This document shows, piece by piece, positions 10,767 through 21,709 of a stretch of 64,000 bases of DNA; within the stretch, counting starts at the first letter, position 1, and each line of letters starts with the position of its first letter. The notes beneath the pieces were generated by a model that saw nothing but the letters and a program-made list of their open reading frames with translations, searched no databases and was not told where the DNA came from. The position numbers were made by a program, and so were the translations under genes. The stretch comes from Yuukianura sp. NJ FZ-2021 (Eukaryota): positions 1,054,001 to 1,118,000 of the forward strand of contig CM102287.1 of assembly GCA_046563655.1 (NCBI GenBank), in the 5' to 3' direction.

Positions 10767-11591
10767 CCATACAAAAATTCGAGTTTGTAAAAACTCAAAA
10801 CACAACAAAACAACAACGGACTTTTAAAAATCAAGTTTAGTTCAAATTCTGAGGTGAAATTCAAATCACCTGTAAATAAGCAAATGACCTAAAACTCCAA
10901 ACTCCATTTGAGGACTCAAAATGCAGGGTCCAAAATAATATGGAGGAACATAAAGGATTGCTAATTTACCTTACTAAACCCAGACAATTTATTAAAAATT
11001 ATACAACTGGTATTAAATTACCTCTGAAATTTGTCAATAACAATTGAATTAAGCCCATTTTCACAAATACACGTCAAAAACAAAATTATTAAATTTGACC
11101 TCTGAGATTTGCTGAAAATTGCGGGAAAATTCAAAGGTTATTGCAAATTCAAGTAATAATTGCCAACAAAATTACCTCTGAGTTTTGCCAAAAGCTGAGG
11201 AAAATAAACCTCAGTTACGCAATTCCAAGTAATGTAACTAAAAATAAAAATTACCTCTGAGACTTTTAAATTTGAGATAACGTTGCCTCAAATGTAAAGT
11301 ACACGTAATTTATCAAAATTATTATCACATTGCATCTGATAGTTTAAATCAACACCAAAATCATGATTCGATGATGCGCCGCCATAGAGTTTGCTCAAAA
11401 GGTGAGGAAAACCTCAACCGAGCAAATTCAAACTCAAAAACAGTCGGCGAAAAGCAAAAATTAAACTGTAGAGTAACTTGGTGTGTGCCATTGTCATTTT
11501 GCGAAAAATAAACTTGTTTTAAACAAAAAGTTGCAAAATTAATTAAAACTGCGCGAAATCGGCTAAGTCCGCCGATTCGTCTCACCCCTCA

Positions 11592-12056
11592 GTGTTTACT
11601 GATGTAAACAAAAAGAATCAGCATAAGCAAATTTTCAGTAGAGAATCCAACTCTACAGGTAGTAATCAAATTAGGCAATTTAGTGCAAATTCAAACAAGA
11701 AAAGTTCAAGTCACGACATTAGTTCCAGTTATCGGTCATTGACTGGACATTCTGGACATTCAAAGTCACGTAGGAGCACTCCTCGTGCAAAAACACAAAG
11801 TGACAGTGACAGTGACAGTGCCGATGACCCCAAGGCTATAAAAGAGCCTGAGGATGACGAAGCAGTTGTCACTCCAGTTTCATCTTCATCATCTGAAGAA
11901 GAAGACCCGTCTCTTCTTGCTCCTGCCAACCCAAAGGTCAACGACACAGCCACTCCAAGGAGAACTGGACGTACAAGGAAACCACCAGACCGTTATGGAG
12001 AGTGGACCTACTACAATGGACGTAGACGCAGAAGATGTTCATCTTCGTCAAATTGA
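11592..12056 (+). pseudogene. Remnant of pol C-terminal tail
   Basis: Acidic/Ser-rich stretch leading to PRRTGRTRKPPDRYG, typical of LTR pol termini. Confidence 0.5.
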
Positions 12057-12673
12057 CGAAGAAGTCTCACGTAAGGCGACTTTTGACCTTTACAGGTCAC
12101 TTAAGTTCACGTCCTCACTCTCCATTCCATTCCCCAATTTCTACTTTTATTGTTCATTTCATCTCTAATATATTTTTCTTTTATTTTTTAGGTCAGATGA
12201 GGGAACTCCATATGACACAATCTGCCCCGTCTCCAACCATCTCTACATCATCAACTACTTCAGGATCCTCCACGGTACCGTTACTACTCAATGTCAACCC
12301 ACCGGACGGAAGGACCGATTTTTCAAAGTGGAAAATCCCCAAGAAGAAGAAGGCTCCTACCAATCCGGCTCCTACTAATCCGAATCCTCAACCAATCGCC
12401 ATTCGCCGCCACGATCGACGACGACACGACTTCCCGAGGATGAGCACTGCATTGCCCCCTCAAATCACGCAAGGTCAACCGAGGTCATCAGGGCGTCCTA
12501 TCGTCGTCCTCTCCGATCCGCGTGACCTACGAGCCACTCTCCGTTCAATGACCCCGGAATACCCACAGCGACATCGACCGAAACTTTGCTTCATCTGTAA
12601 CGACTACGGACACAAACAAAAGTCATGCCCTCTACGCCCCATTTCACGGAATTCAGGAGAATTCGAAGCCTAA
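12016..12673 (+). CDS. Spliced 3' ORF of element 2 with C-terminal CCHC zinc knuckle (exons 12016-12070, 12192-12673)
   Basis: GTAAGG donor at 12071 and TTTTTAG acceptor at 12191 keep the frame (EEVSR-QMRELH). Contains CFICNDYGHKQKSC and stops at the PPT. Confidence 0.6.
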
Positions 12674-12684
12674 GGAGGAAGTAA

Positions 12685-13065
12685 TGTTACGAAGTTAACA
12701 ATGCAAAAAATTATGGTAATTGTTTTCTGTCTTTTGTCTTTGCAAATCCTAGTTTTTGCACATGTAATCCAGTTAGAACTAGTTCTCTAAGTTAAAAATA
12801 GATTTCTAACCGTTAGTCTTTTGTTTTGTGCACAATGTAGTTTACATTAGATCTGCATGTAATTAACTCGGCGCGTGTCGAGTCCCTATAAAAAGGGCTC
12901 GGCCGTGACCTCAAGAATCATTCCTTTTCCAATTCTAAAACTTACCAGAACTCTGTCCGTTCTGCGAACGGACCAGAGGTCAACAACCTAACTTTCTGAA
13001 AATAAAAGTTACTCTTCTCTGCAATTTGCGAGTCTCCTAGCAGTAAACGATCATTTTTCAGAACA
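12685..13065 (+). repeat. 3' LTR of element 2
   Basis: Direct repeat of 9725-10105. Confidence 0.93.
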
Positions 13066-13904
13066 ATTCATTCCAGTTGTTTGTCATGGTTTTCGACACT
13101 ATGATTCGAAATTTATTGTACAAGCGTTGCGTGCTAGTACAATTAAATCTGTGGAAGTTTTGGCGAGCAGCAGCACCGAGAAGTTTACTGCTCTTCGGTT
13201 GACAACCCATGGAGATCATGTTCTGCGAATGATTGATTCGTATCAGTTTATTAGTGCGAGCTTAGCAGAGCAAGTCAAAATGCTTGCCAAAGAAGGAAAA
13301 GACAAATTTGGTGTGACTTGTCATCATTTTCAACAGTACGGAAGTAAAATTGAATTACTTTTAAGAAAAGGGGTTTACCCTTACAGTTACTTTGACTCCA
13401 TGGAGCGTTTTGATGAAACGTGTTTGCCACCTGCCGAAAAATGGAAAAGCGATTTGACTGGAAAATCCATCAGTCCTGAAGATTTGGAACATGCGCATAC
13501 GGTTTGGCGGGAATTTGGCTGTCAAACATTGAGAGATTATCACAACTTGTACGTTTCTCTTGATGTTTGCCTCCTGGCGGATTGTTTCCAGAATATGAGA
13601 AGAAGTATGCTCGAGAGTTTCCGCCTGGATCCTGCTCACTACCTCACTCTTCCAGGAATAGCATACGACGCAGCAATGTTTGCAGGAAAAGTGGAGTACG
13701 AGTATCTGGATGAGATTGACAAGTACATGTATTTTGAACGCGGGATTCGGGGTGGAATTTGTTCTGTCGGACTACGTTATGCAAAAGCGAACAACCCTTA
13801 CTTGGGGAATTTATATGACCCCACGCTTCCATTGAGTTACATTTGCTACTGGGATGCAAACGCCTTGTACGCAACTTGTTTGAGGAACTACGTACCTTGG
13901 AAAT

Positions 13905-14275
13905 TGTAACGCCCTACGACGCTAAACAACTGAAAAACACTCCACCAGACTACTCCGCTGAGTCTGCAGACTCCAGATCCAAATGACCCCTGACCAATCA
14001 CCAGAACACACAACACATCGACGGATAAATATAAATGTATATTTATTAAGTCGATGAAATAAATACACTGAAAAACAACTGCTAAATACTAAACATGACT
14101 GGAGATCTCTGATCTCCACAAAACCCAATCAACCACTGACTCTATATACAAAACTCATCTCTCTCTCTCTCCTCGCCACATCTCAAAACTCCCGCGACTC
14201 CACTCGCCGCATCTCTGCCAAATCTCAATAAGATAGAATCTTATGGCTACTAAGCCTACGCAGCAGACGCCAACA
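13905..14275 (-). repeat. 3' LTR of element 3
   Basis: TGTAACG...CCAACA, repeat of 16817-17187. Confidence 0.93.
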
Positions 14276-15849
14276 CATTCCTCTCCAGATGATGGGTGTC
14301 GAGCCTGACGACCCGGGCCGACATCCATCAGCGACAAACGCCCAAGGCGGCTGCTCCCTCTGCTGCTCCGAAACTCCATCATCCGCCTCCTGGACATCAG
14401 CGGAGTCTTCATCATAGCCATCATCCTGGTAATCGTCAACCGCAGCATCCGATTCCTCCCGAGCGCTCCATCCAAGACGGCAGGCACTTCCACATTCTTC
14501 AAATCACACACTAAATCACTTTTCACTTGAATGGAAGTTGTCAAGACGACTCCCTTTGTATCCACATCATCACTTGCACTTTTTAAATACACGTTCCACA
14601 AATTTCTTGTTAAAAAACTGAGTGCACTGCTCCTCCACAAACTTCCAGCACCACCTTCCTTCACTTTGCGGGACAGTGAGACCCTCGGCTGAACTTGTGG
14701 ACAATGAGCACCACTAAAACACAAATAAGCGGAGGCCAATAAATTGACTCCCATTAACTGCCACAGATTCTGAGTTCCACCTTCCTTCACTTTACGGGAC
14801 AGTGAGACCCACGACTCAGAACTTGTGCACAGAGAACCGCCGTACTTCAACCAAAGAACCAATATTTTCACATCATCACTTTTGCACAAACTTTTCACTT
14901 TTTCAATTTTTAAATTTTGAGGGAATGAGACCCTGAAGAACACAATGCATTTAGCACAAGAAACGCTGCGAGCCAGCAATGCCAGGACAACGATCTTCAA
15001 TTCAAATTTAAATTCACTTCCAATTTCTTCTTTCTTCTCACTTAGTACCGCAGCACTATAACACTCACTTTTTAGAACTTGAGTAACGCCGCACTTCAGC
15101 ACTGCCGGGCTAACGTTCTCCATAATTTTAACTTTCACAATCAACACTTTCCCTAAAAACTCGCTTTTCGAAGCTTGAGTAACGCCGCACTTCAGCACTG
15201 CCGGGCGAACGATCTCCTTAATTTTAACACTCAGAACTAACACTTTTTGTAAAAGCCCACATTTTGGAGCTTGAGCAACGCAGCGAGCCTCGCCGATTGT
15301 GGCTGGGACAACGTTCTCTGTCTTGGTAACTTTCATACCGAAGACTTTCTGTAGAAGCTCTCTTTTTGGAGCTTGAGTAACGCTGCGAGCCTTGTCACTG
15401 TGGACCGGGACAACGTACTCTGCAGCGACGTCGGAAGATTGAGGCCTCGTTCCCGAACATCTCTCCTTAATGAGGACTACTTTCAACCCCTCATTCTGCA
15501 TCAGTATGCCACCTCCGTGGTTATACTCTTCTTTTTTAACACTTCTCACACACTTCACTTCTCTTCTCACTTCCTGGATCCACACTATATACAAATGATG
15601 CCTGTTGCTAAAACGCAACTCATTAGGCACTAACACTAACACTATAACTAACTTCAACTGTACAAAAATTTTTACAATAATGAGTGATTCACCACACTCA
15701 ATTTCCACAGTCACCAAAACTTTCAACTCAAAACTGGAAAAACTCATAACTTTTCCAAAACTGCCCAAAAACTGAAGAATTTCGTCCGCACTTAACTGTA
15801 CACTATGGAGAATGATGGACGAACTGTCATTCCCCTCTATTAGTTTAAA
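14155..15849 (-). CDS. ORF2 of element 3, unknown protein with internal repeats, in the -1 frame after TTTAAAC
   Basis: Open for more than 560 codons from the heptamer. Repeats include PAVLKCGVTQ and VSLSRKVKEGG. No PR, RT, RH or IN motifs. Confidence 0.45.
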   Translation of the reverse strand, partial: FKLIEGNDSSSIILHSVQLSADEILQFLGSFGKVMSFSSFELKVLVTVEIECGESLIIVKIFVQLKLVIVLVLVPNELRFSNRHHLYIVWIQEVRREVKCVRSVKKEEYNHGGGILMQNEGLKVVLIKERCSGTRPQSSDVAAEYVVPVHSDKARSVTQAPKRELLQKVFGMKVTKTENVVPATIGEARCVAQAPKCGLLQKVLVLSVKIKEIVRPAVLKCGVTQASKSEFLGKVLIVKVKIMENVSPAVLKCGVTQVLKSECYSAAVLSEKKEEIGSEFKFELKIVVLALLARSVSCAKCIVFFRVSFPQNLKIEKVKSLCKSDDVKILVLWLKYGGSLCTSSESWVSLSRKVKEGGTQNLWQLMGVNLLASAYLCFSGAHCPQVQPRVSLSRKVKEGGAGSLWRSSALSFLTRNLWNVYLKSASDDVDTKGVVLTTSIQVKSDLVCDLKNVEVPAVLDGALGRNRMLRLTITRMMAMMKTPLMSRRRMMEFRSSRGSSRLGRLSLMDVGPGRQARHPSSGEECVGVCCVGLVAIRFYLIEIWQRCGEWSRGSFEMWRGERER

Positions 15850-16487
15850 TTCTCTTGAACATTTCCATCTGCATCACAATCACTTTCCTCTCCATATTCG
15901 CCATACCCCTCTAAAACACTCCCAAAATAACTGCCATGAAAACCTCCACTTCCAAAAATTTTTGCCGAGCGGAAGCCAACGGTGTTGACTCCCATAGATT
16001 TTAAATAATTTCCATGATTTTGGTGTCTCTCATGTGCCACCATAATGTCACTGCTCACTTTGCTTGAATTAAAAATTTTTGATGGCACTTGTTCACATTT
16101 GATACATTTCTTGTTCACTTGTTCACATTTGTCACATATCTGGTTCACTTCAACCTCTGCGTCACTCAACTTTTTCACATTAATGATGGACACTACTGCC
16201 AACTTCTTACTAGTGGCCGACTTTGGAACTTTTAACGTGGTTGGTGCTGAAATGAGTTGCACACGTTGCAGGGCCGAAATCAGCTCCTCTGGCAAATGTG
16301 CACGTTCACTTTCACTAGAAGCCACCGCAGCGACTCCCTCGGACACTTTGCTCACTATTTTCTCTTCCACGCCTCGCAAGGCATTGGCTACCGCAGCAGC
16401 CACTATTTTCTCTACATCTTCCTGTGTGTAAGTTGCCATGGCCCAATCACCCGCAGGAGACGGCACTGTATCACTAAACATGCACAC
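15840..16487 (-). CDS. ORF1 of element 3 (gag-position protein, reduced)
   Basis: Follows the PBS, has a CxxC-x5-CxxC motif, and ends ENLN* over a TTTAAAC heptamer (15843-15849), like the gag of element 1. Confidence 0.55.
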   Translation of the reverse strand: MCMFSDTVPSPAGDWAMATYTQEDVEKIVAAAVANALRGVEEKIVSKVSEGVAAVASSESERAHLPEELISALQRVQLISAPTTLKVPKSATSKKLAVVSIINVKKLSDAEVEVNQICDKCEQVNKKCIKCEQVPSKIFNSSKVSSDIMVAHERHQNHGNYLKSMGVNTVGFRSAKIFGSGGFHGSYFGSVLEGYGEYGEESDCDADGNVQENLN

Positions 16488-16816
16488 TGAAGCGAACTAC
16501 ACAATGAATGAAATGTTCTGCCGCAGCAAAACTAGATCCGTTTTTTGTACCAAAATGGTACTAAATAATCGCTTCTTTATCTCGGAACTGCACAAATTCA
16601 CTTATTTCTGGTCAATCGTGACCTTTGACATGAACGGAAGCCACTGTTAGTGACTCCCATGCGGTAAAACGGAGGCCGCTGTTAGCGACTCCCATATGCT
16701 GAATGTATGAACAGCACTTTTTTGACACAAAATTTTTACAGTTTTTACTCACGTTTATCTTCGTTGACCTTTGGTGACCTCCAGGTCACTGGATCTGCTC
16801 ACAAACGGTCGCCATG

Positions 16817-17187
16817 TGTAACGCCCTACGACGCTAAACAACTGAAAAACACTCCACCAGACTACTCCGCTGAGTCTGCAGACTCCAGATCCAAATGACC
16901 CCTGACCAATCACCAGAACACACAACACATCGACGGATAAATATAAATGTATATTTATTAAGTCGATGAAATAAATACACTGAAAAACAACTGCTAAATA
17001 CTAAACATGACTGGAGATCTCTGATCTCCACAAAACCCAATCAACCACTGACTCTATATACAAAACTCATCTCTCTCTCTCTCCTCGCCACATCTCAAAA
17101 CTCCCGCGACTCCACTCGCCGCATCTCTGCCAAATCTCAATAAGATAGAATCTTATGGCTACTAAGCCTACGCAGCAGACGCCAACA
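16817..17187 (-). repeat. 5' LTR of element 3
   Basis: Repeat of 13905-14275 with the PBS adjacent. Confidence 0.93.
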
Positions 17188-18565
17188 AAATATTTTGTTT
17201 GGGAAAAGTCCTTGGAAAACAGAACAAGAAATTTGGATTGTGTTGTGAAGATGATCATGGATTTGGATGATTGTGGTCCGGAGGGATTAGTTTTGGAGTT
17301 AGATTTGGATTACCCAAAAGAATTACATGATTCTCACAATGACTACCCATTAGCAGTACAACGAAGTGAAATAACATACGATTGGCTCTCTGACTACACG
17401 AAAGAAGTTTTGAAGAACGTGGGAGCTACACCTGGATCTTGCAAAAAAACAAAACTTTTGGGAACGTTGTGTAACAAAACAAACTACATTGTCCATTATC
17501 GACTTTTGAAGTTGTTTTTGGAGCGTGGACTGAAACGTGTGAAGGTTCACAGAGCCATACGGTTTACTCAGGCTCCATTATTTCGTGTATACACGGACAT
17601 TTGTATAACACGTCGACGCGAAGCTACGAATCCGGTGGATAAGAACGTTTACAAGGCCATGGGAAACATTTTGGCGGGAAAAGTTTACCAGAATGTCTGG
17701 AAATATAGGCGGATCAACATTGCATTATCAAGAGAGAAGATGAGAGAATACGCCCGAAAGCCAACCGTTGAGGACGTCAAAATCGTTCATGATGAGTGTG
17801 TTTTGTTTGTGATGAAAAAGTTGGCTGCTAGGCTGGACAAACCTATTTTTGTTGGACAGTGCATTTTGGATGATTCCAAATGTAGAATGTACAGCTTTTA
17901 CTACAAGTGGTTAAAGCCGCGATATGGAGACAACATGAGGCTGATGTATACGGATACTGATAGTTTTTTGCTTCACATAAAGACAGAAGATGTTTATGCA
18001 GATATTGCTGAAAGTGTGAAGAGGAATGAAGGCGTCTTTGACACATCAAAGTACGACAGAGCAAATGAAAAATTTGGATATTTGTGGAGCGAGCAATTTG
18101 AAGGGGTTGGTGGTTGCTTCAAGGATGAATGAGCCAACGAAGTAATTTCGGAAGCAATAGCATTGAAGCCAAAAATGTATGCAATCAAGATGTTGAAGGA
18201 GGATGAGACCCAAACTCAGCTGAAGAATTCAAAAGGAACAGTTCGCTCGGTTGTCGAGAATGAATTGGATTTTGAAGATTACAAAAAAGTTTTAGAAAAC
18301 GGGCGGTTCAAGTCTTATAGTATGAATACAATTCGAAGTTTAAATCATCGTTTGTATACAACTACAATGTACAAAAAAAGTTTGTCAGCATATGAAGATA
18401 AGAGTTTTTATTTGTCTCCAATTGATTCATTAAGATTTGGTCATTATAGAATTGAATTAGAAAAGAATTTGCATCAAATTGTAGACGGTATGGAAGAAGA
18501 TGAATAAAGCCAATTAGACTAAATGTCCTTCCAGTTAGTAGTTGTTTGGAGTTTGATTTGCTAGG

Positions 18566-19219
18566 ATGGAAATCCAATGTTCATTACAGCATCCGTTTGT
18601 CATGGTGTTGGCCGGTTCTACACAAAGTGGAAAAAGTACATTGATAAAAAAAAGTTTTGGAACGTTTAGACGAAGTTGTTGAGCCAAAAATCAAGCGTGT
18701 AATCTACTGTTATGCCGAGGATGAGCCGGATTTTGCAAAAAGTTTAAAAGGAGTTAACAGGGGAAAAGAAATTGAAATTGATTTTCGGCAAGGTATTGAC
18801 CAAATTGATGTTGACATTGGAAACAAGACGCCAACCCTTGTTGTGTTGGATGACTTTATGGAAGACCTTGGATCATCCTTGGATATTTGTAGAATGGTTA
18901 CTCGGGGTTCTCATCACCGTTCACTGTCTCTTATGATTACGATTCAAAATTTTTTCTTCAAAGGATGTAGGAATTTGACTTTAAATGCAAAATATGTAGC
19001 ATTATTTCGAAATCCAAGACTATAATAAAATATTTGGGACGACAAATGAATGGCGGAAAATCAAATTCGACGCTAGAAGAAGCATTTGAGGATGCTACAA
19101 AGAACAAGCCAAATAGCTATTTATTTTTAGATATGTCTCAAAGTCAAAATGATGACTTTCGAATAAAATCAAATGTATTTGCAGATCCAGAATCTTGTAT
19201 AGTATATTTGAAAAAGTAA
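18566..19219 (+). pseudogene. FtsK/HerA-type (A32-like) packaging ATPase, two frameshifts
   Basis: LQHPFVMVLAGSTQSGKST (Walker A), LVVLDD (Walker B), RGSHH, FRNPR, YLGRQM, YLFLD. Breaks occur in the A-run at ~18650 and at ~19022. Confidence 0.9.
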
Positions 19220-19225
19220 CATACC

Positions 19226-19576
19226 TTAGTTTCGTTTCAACTTTGACAGTCCTTCTGTGAGACAATCAAATAAATGAATTGGAATCACAACACTAGATCC
19301 AGCATCGTAAACATTTTTAATATGTAAATGTGTGAGCGGTCCTTGGTCATTTCCTTGTTCATTGCCAGTGTAGAGCTGACAACCATCTTCCAAATTTACT
19401 CGTGGTGGTGGATGTGGTTTAGGAAATTCTTGACGAACTTCAACAACCATTGCCAAAGATGTGACTTTACGAGGAATCTTGGGAATTCGAACTCGTTTGC
19501 GTTGTTTTTTTTCTTGGGTAGTATCCGTGAGTATATTTGGGTTTAGGTTAAGAAAATCTTGAATTGGAGAATCCAT
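19226..19576 (-). CDS. Hypothetical Polinton protein
   Basis: 116-aa ORF with ATG start, convergent on the ATPase. Confidence 0.5.
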   Translation of the reverse strand: MDSPIQDFLNLNPNILTDTTQEKKQRKRVRIPKIPRKVTSLAMVVEVRQEFPKPHPPPRVNLEDGCQLYTGNEQGNDQGPLTHLHIKNVYDAGSSVVIPIHLFDCLTEGLSKLKRN

Positions 19577-19624
19577 TTCGACTGGCTGGAGTTCCGACGT
19601 TTTATTGAGGTTACCTAACCTAAC

Positions 19625-19771
19625 CTAACCTAATGCTTTTAGTACATCAGTTTTTGTGACCCCACTCTTCTTTTGAACTTTAAAAGTTCCTTCTAATCCT
19701 GAAAATGCAAAACTTGAACGAGGATTGACGTAATCCTTGCGTATTTTTTCTATTAAATGTTTCTGCTCCAT
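19625..19771 (-). pseudogene. N-terminal 48 aa of Polinton integrase, truncated at (TTAGG)4
   Basis: MEQKHLIEKIRKDYVNPRSSFAFSGLEGTFK..DVLKAL resembles the N-terminus of the integrase at 57606. No DDE core follows. Confidence 0.65.
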
Positions 19772-19899
19772 TATCTAAATGAAATCTGACCCTAAGACTT
19801 GAAAATGCCAAACGTTTTATATGAGAGGTATACACACAATGAAATGAGTCATTTGAAGTTTCAACATGAAGCTGGTGACACGCATAAGTTCACACAATC

Positions 19900-20235
19900 A
19901 TGTCTACAACTGTGAAAGAAAACTCAGACTTTTTGAGATATTTAATCAAGTGTTCACCACAACAAAGAAAAGCGTTAATTAAATATGCTAGTAGTGGTGA
20001 AGTCAAAAGTATTTGTGAATGTGTTTTGAATATATACAAAAAAAATGTTGGTCTAAAAAAGTCTACAGTTGAAAAGTTACGTCCATTCAAAAGAACAATA
20101 CTTTCAATTGTAAAGAAGAGACGCTCATCATTGGCAAAAAAGAAAAAACTTTTGTCTCAAAGGGGTGGTGCAATAATTCCGTTGCTATTAGGATCTATGA
20201 TCCCAAGTGTTCTATCAGCCCTCTTTCAAAAATGA
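19900..20235 (+). CDS. Conserved small basic Polinton virion protein with QxGG cleavage motif and C-terminal amphipathic helix
   Basis: ICECVLN..L..LRPFKR..LSQRGGAIIPLLLG. Confidence 0.8.
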   Translation: MSTTVKENSDFLRYLIKCSPQQRKALIKYASSGEVKSICECVLNIYKKNVGLKKSTVEKLRPFKRTILSIVKKRRSSLAKKKKLLSQRGGAIIPLLLGSMIPSVLSALFQK

Positions 20236-21254
20236 AACGAATGCGTCTAATATCGGAATCAGAGTACAAGAACAAGTATGAAAAACCAAACAAAAGTTCC
20301 ATAGAGTCACCAAAGATTGTGGGGGGTGAAGATGAAGATTTGGAACACAAGAAGCAAACAATTTTATCAGTTGACGATGTACCAGATGATATCAAAGCTC
20401 TTTTATACTATGATTTTTCTCGCCGCCTACTCCAAAAAAAAAAATTTTTTTTGTCAAATCGTCCAGTTTTAGTCAAGTCTATTTCTGAAACTAGTTCAAA
20501 TTTGACATCAACCTCAAACACCAGTAACAACAACAGCAGCAACAACAACAACAACAACAATCAATCCAACTTGGTACAAAAAATTGAGTATGTTACAGAA
20601 CCATACATTTTAAAACAAGTACCAGGAAAGGATGCCAAAAAGTTTATAAACTTTATGAAATTGAGTAACATCAGTTGGAATTCAGACTTGGAAATTTTGA
20701 TTGATAATAAGCGAATTCCTTCTTCAAATATCATCAATGTCCTCTCTCAATTTATTTCATTTAAAAAGAAAAATTTGACCGAAAGGCAAAAACAAAATCT
20801 CCTATTTAATATACCAGTTGGATGGAATGAAGTTTATGAACATTTACAAAAATTTGAAGAAATCCAAACACCACCACAAACTGTTCGTAGAATTCTTGAA
20901 AAAGTACCAACAGGAGAAGTTGGTAGTAGAAGAGAAAATTTAACTACTACAACAGTTGCCAGTGAACCAACAACCCCCCTTTCATCCCTTTTTAAAGGAG
21001 ATTCTGAAGGAAATATTGAGGAGGAAGGGGATGATGATGATGTGGAAAGTAATACATTTGGTACACCACCAACCTTGTCTCCACAACAACATCAAAAATC
21101 ATCTCCACTCAAATCTCTACCAATCAAAGACAGACTTCGAAAACGAGGAAACTTTACTACTACTACTACTACTACTACAAATGACAGTACAAAAAGTAAA
21201 AAAAAAATTGTCAAAAACCAACTTGCCAAAAGTTGGGAAGCATATAAAAATTAA
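20232..21254 (+). CDS. Conserved Polinton protein of unknown function
   Basis: ATGA overlap with the upstream gene. ISWN..EILID..IPSSNI and PVGW motifs, with a low-complexity tail ending WEAY. Confidence 0.75.
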   Translation: MKRMRLISESEYKNKYEKPNKSSIESPKIVGGEDEDLEHKKQTILSVDDVPDDIKALLYYDFSRRLLQKKKFFLSNRPVLVKSISETSSNLTSTSNTSNNNSSNNNNNNNQSNLVQKIEYVTEPYILKQVPGKDAKKFINFMKLSNISWNSDLEILIDNKRIPSSNIINVLSQFISFKKKNLTERQKQNLLFNIPVGWNEVYEHLQKFEEIQTPPQTVRRILEKVPTGEVGSRRENLTTTTVASEPTTPLSSLFKGDSEGNIEEEGDDDDVESNTFGTPPTLSPQQHQKSSPLKSLPIKDRLRKRGNFTTTTTTTTNDSTKSKKKIVKNQLAKSWEAYKN

Positions 21255-21399
21255 AAAAAAAAATTCTTTTGTGTGTGTATTTGAAAAAAAAATCCTTGCT
21301 TCCATGCTTGCAGGGATGCGCGCGCGCGGTCCCTGCTTTGCCATGGTGGGTTTTAAACCCAACAAGGCTACGCTGGGTGTTACTCCCTGCTGACCACGT

Positions 21400-21610
21400 G
21401 GGTTTTAACCCTGCGTGCAACTTGGGTTTAAGCCCTGCGTGCAACTTGGGTTAAAGCCCTGCGTGCAACTTGTATTTAAGCCCTGCGTGCAACTTGGGTT
21501 TAAGCCCTGCGTACAACTTGGGTTTAAGCCCTGCGTACAACTTGGGTTTAAGCCCTGCGTACAACATGGGTTTTACACCTGCGTGCAACCCGGGGTTTTT
21601 AACCCCTGTG
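21400..21610. repeat. 24-bp minisatellite (GGGTTTAAGCCCTGCGTGCAACTT), ~8-9 copies
   Basis: Directly visible tandem array between two Polinton gene blocks. Confidence 0.9.
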
Positions 21611-21709
21611 CCCCCTCTACTTTTTTTCTTAAGTAGTAAGTAAACGTTGTATTTTATCTTAGTGTGATTTTGCATTTCGTCAAATAAACACGTAAATCTC
21701 AAAAAGAAA

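Larger units (their letters stand above)
9725..13065 (+). mobile_element. Non-autonomous LTR retroelement 2 (3.34 kb), TSD ATTC
   Basis: 381-bp TG..CA LTRs with one visible mismatch. ATTC at 9721-9724 and 13066-13069. TGGTGG PBS-like sequence after LTR1 and AAGGAGGAAG PPT before LTR2. No RT or IN core. Confidence 0.92.
13905..17187 (-). mobile_element. Non-autonomous LTR retroelement 3 (3.28 kb), TSD AAAT
   Basis: 371-bp LTRs that appear identical. AAAT at 13901-13904 and 17188-17191. Minus-strand PBS TGGCGACCGT (tRNA-Arg-like) and PPT GGAGAGGAATG. Confidence 0.92.
9137..18507 (+). pseudogene. polB: Protein-primed family B DNA polymerase of Polinton A, in segments 9137-9724, 13070-13904, 17192-18507; premature TGA at 18130-18132
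   Basis: Motifs are PYVIYLDFE, endonuclease VII-like DHCH..RG..CN, RKGVYPY, GIRGG, YWDANALY, K..N..GK, YTDTDS and KPKMY. Removing the inserts restores CSF|IPVVCHGFRHYD and PWK|YFVWE in frame. Confidence 0.95.

Noticed and set aside
13922..17258. Duplicate ORFs MGFVEIRDL.. and shared C-termini
   Set aside because: They lie inside the two identical LTRs.
20524..20560. (AAC)n and later (ACT)n microsatellites
   Set aside because: These are ordinary in-frame low-complexity Asn/Thr tracts.
21211..21702. ORFs with CVQLGFKP / LHAGLKPK repeats
   Set aside because: They are translations of the 24-bp minisatellite on both strands.
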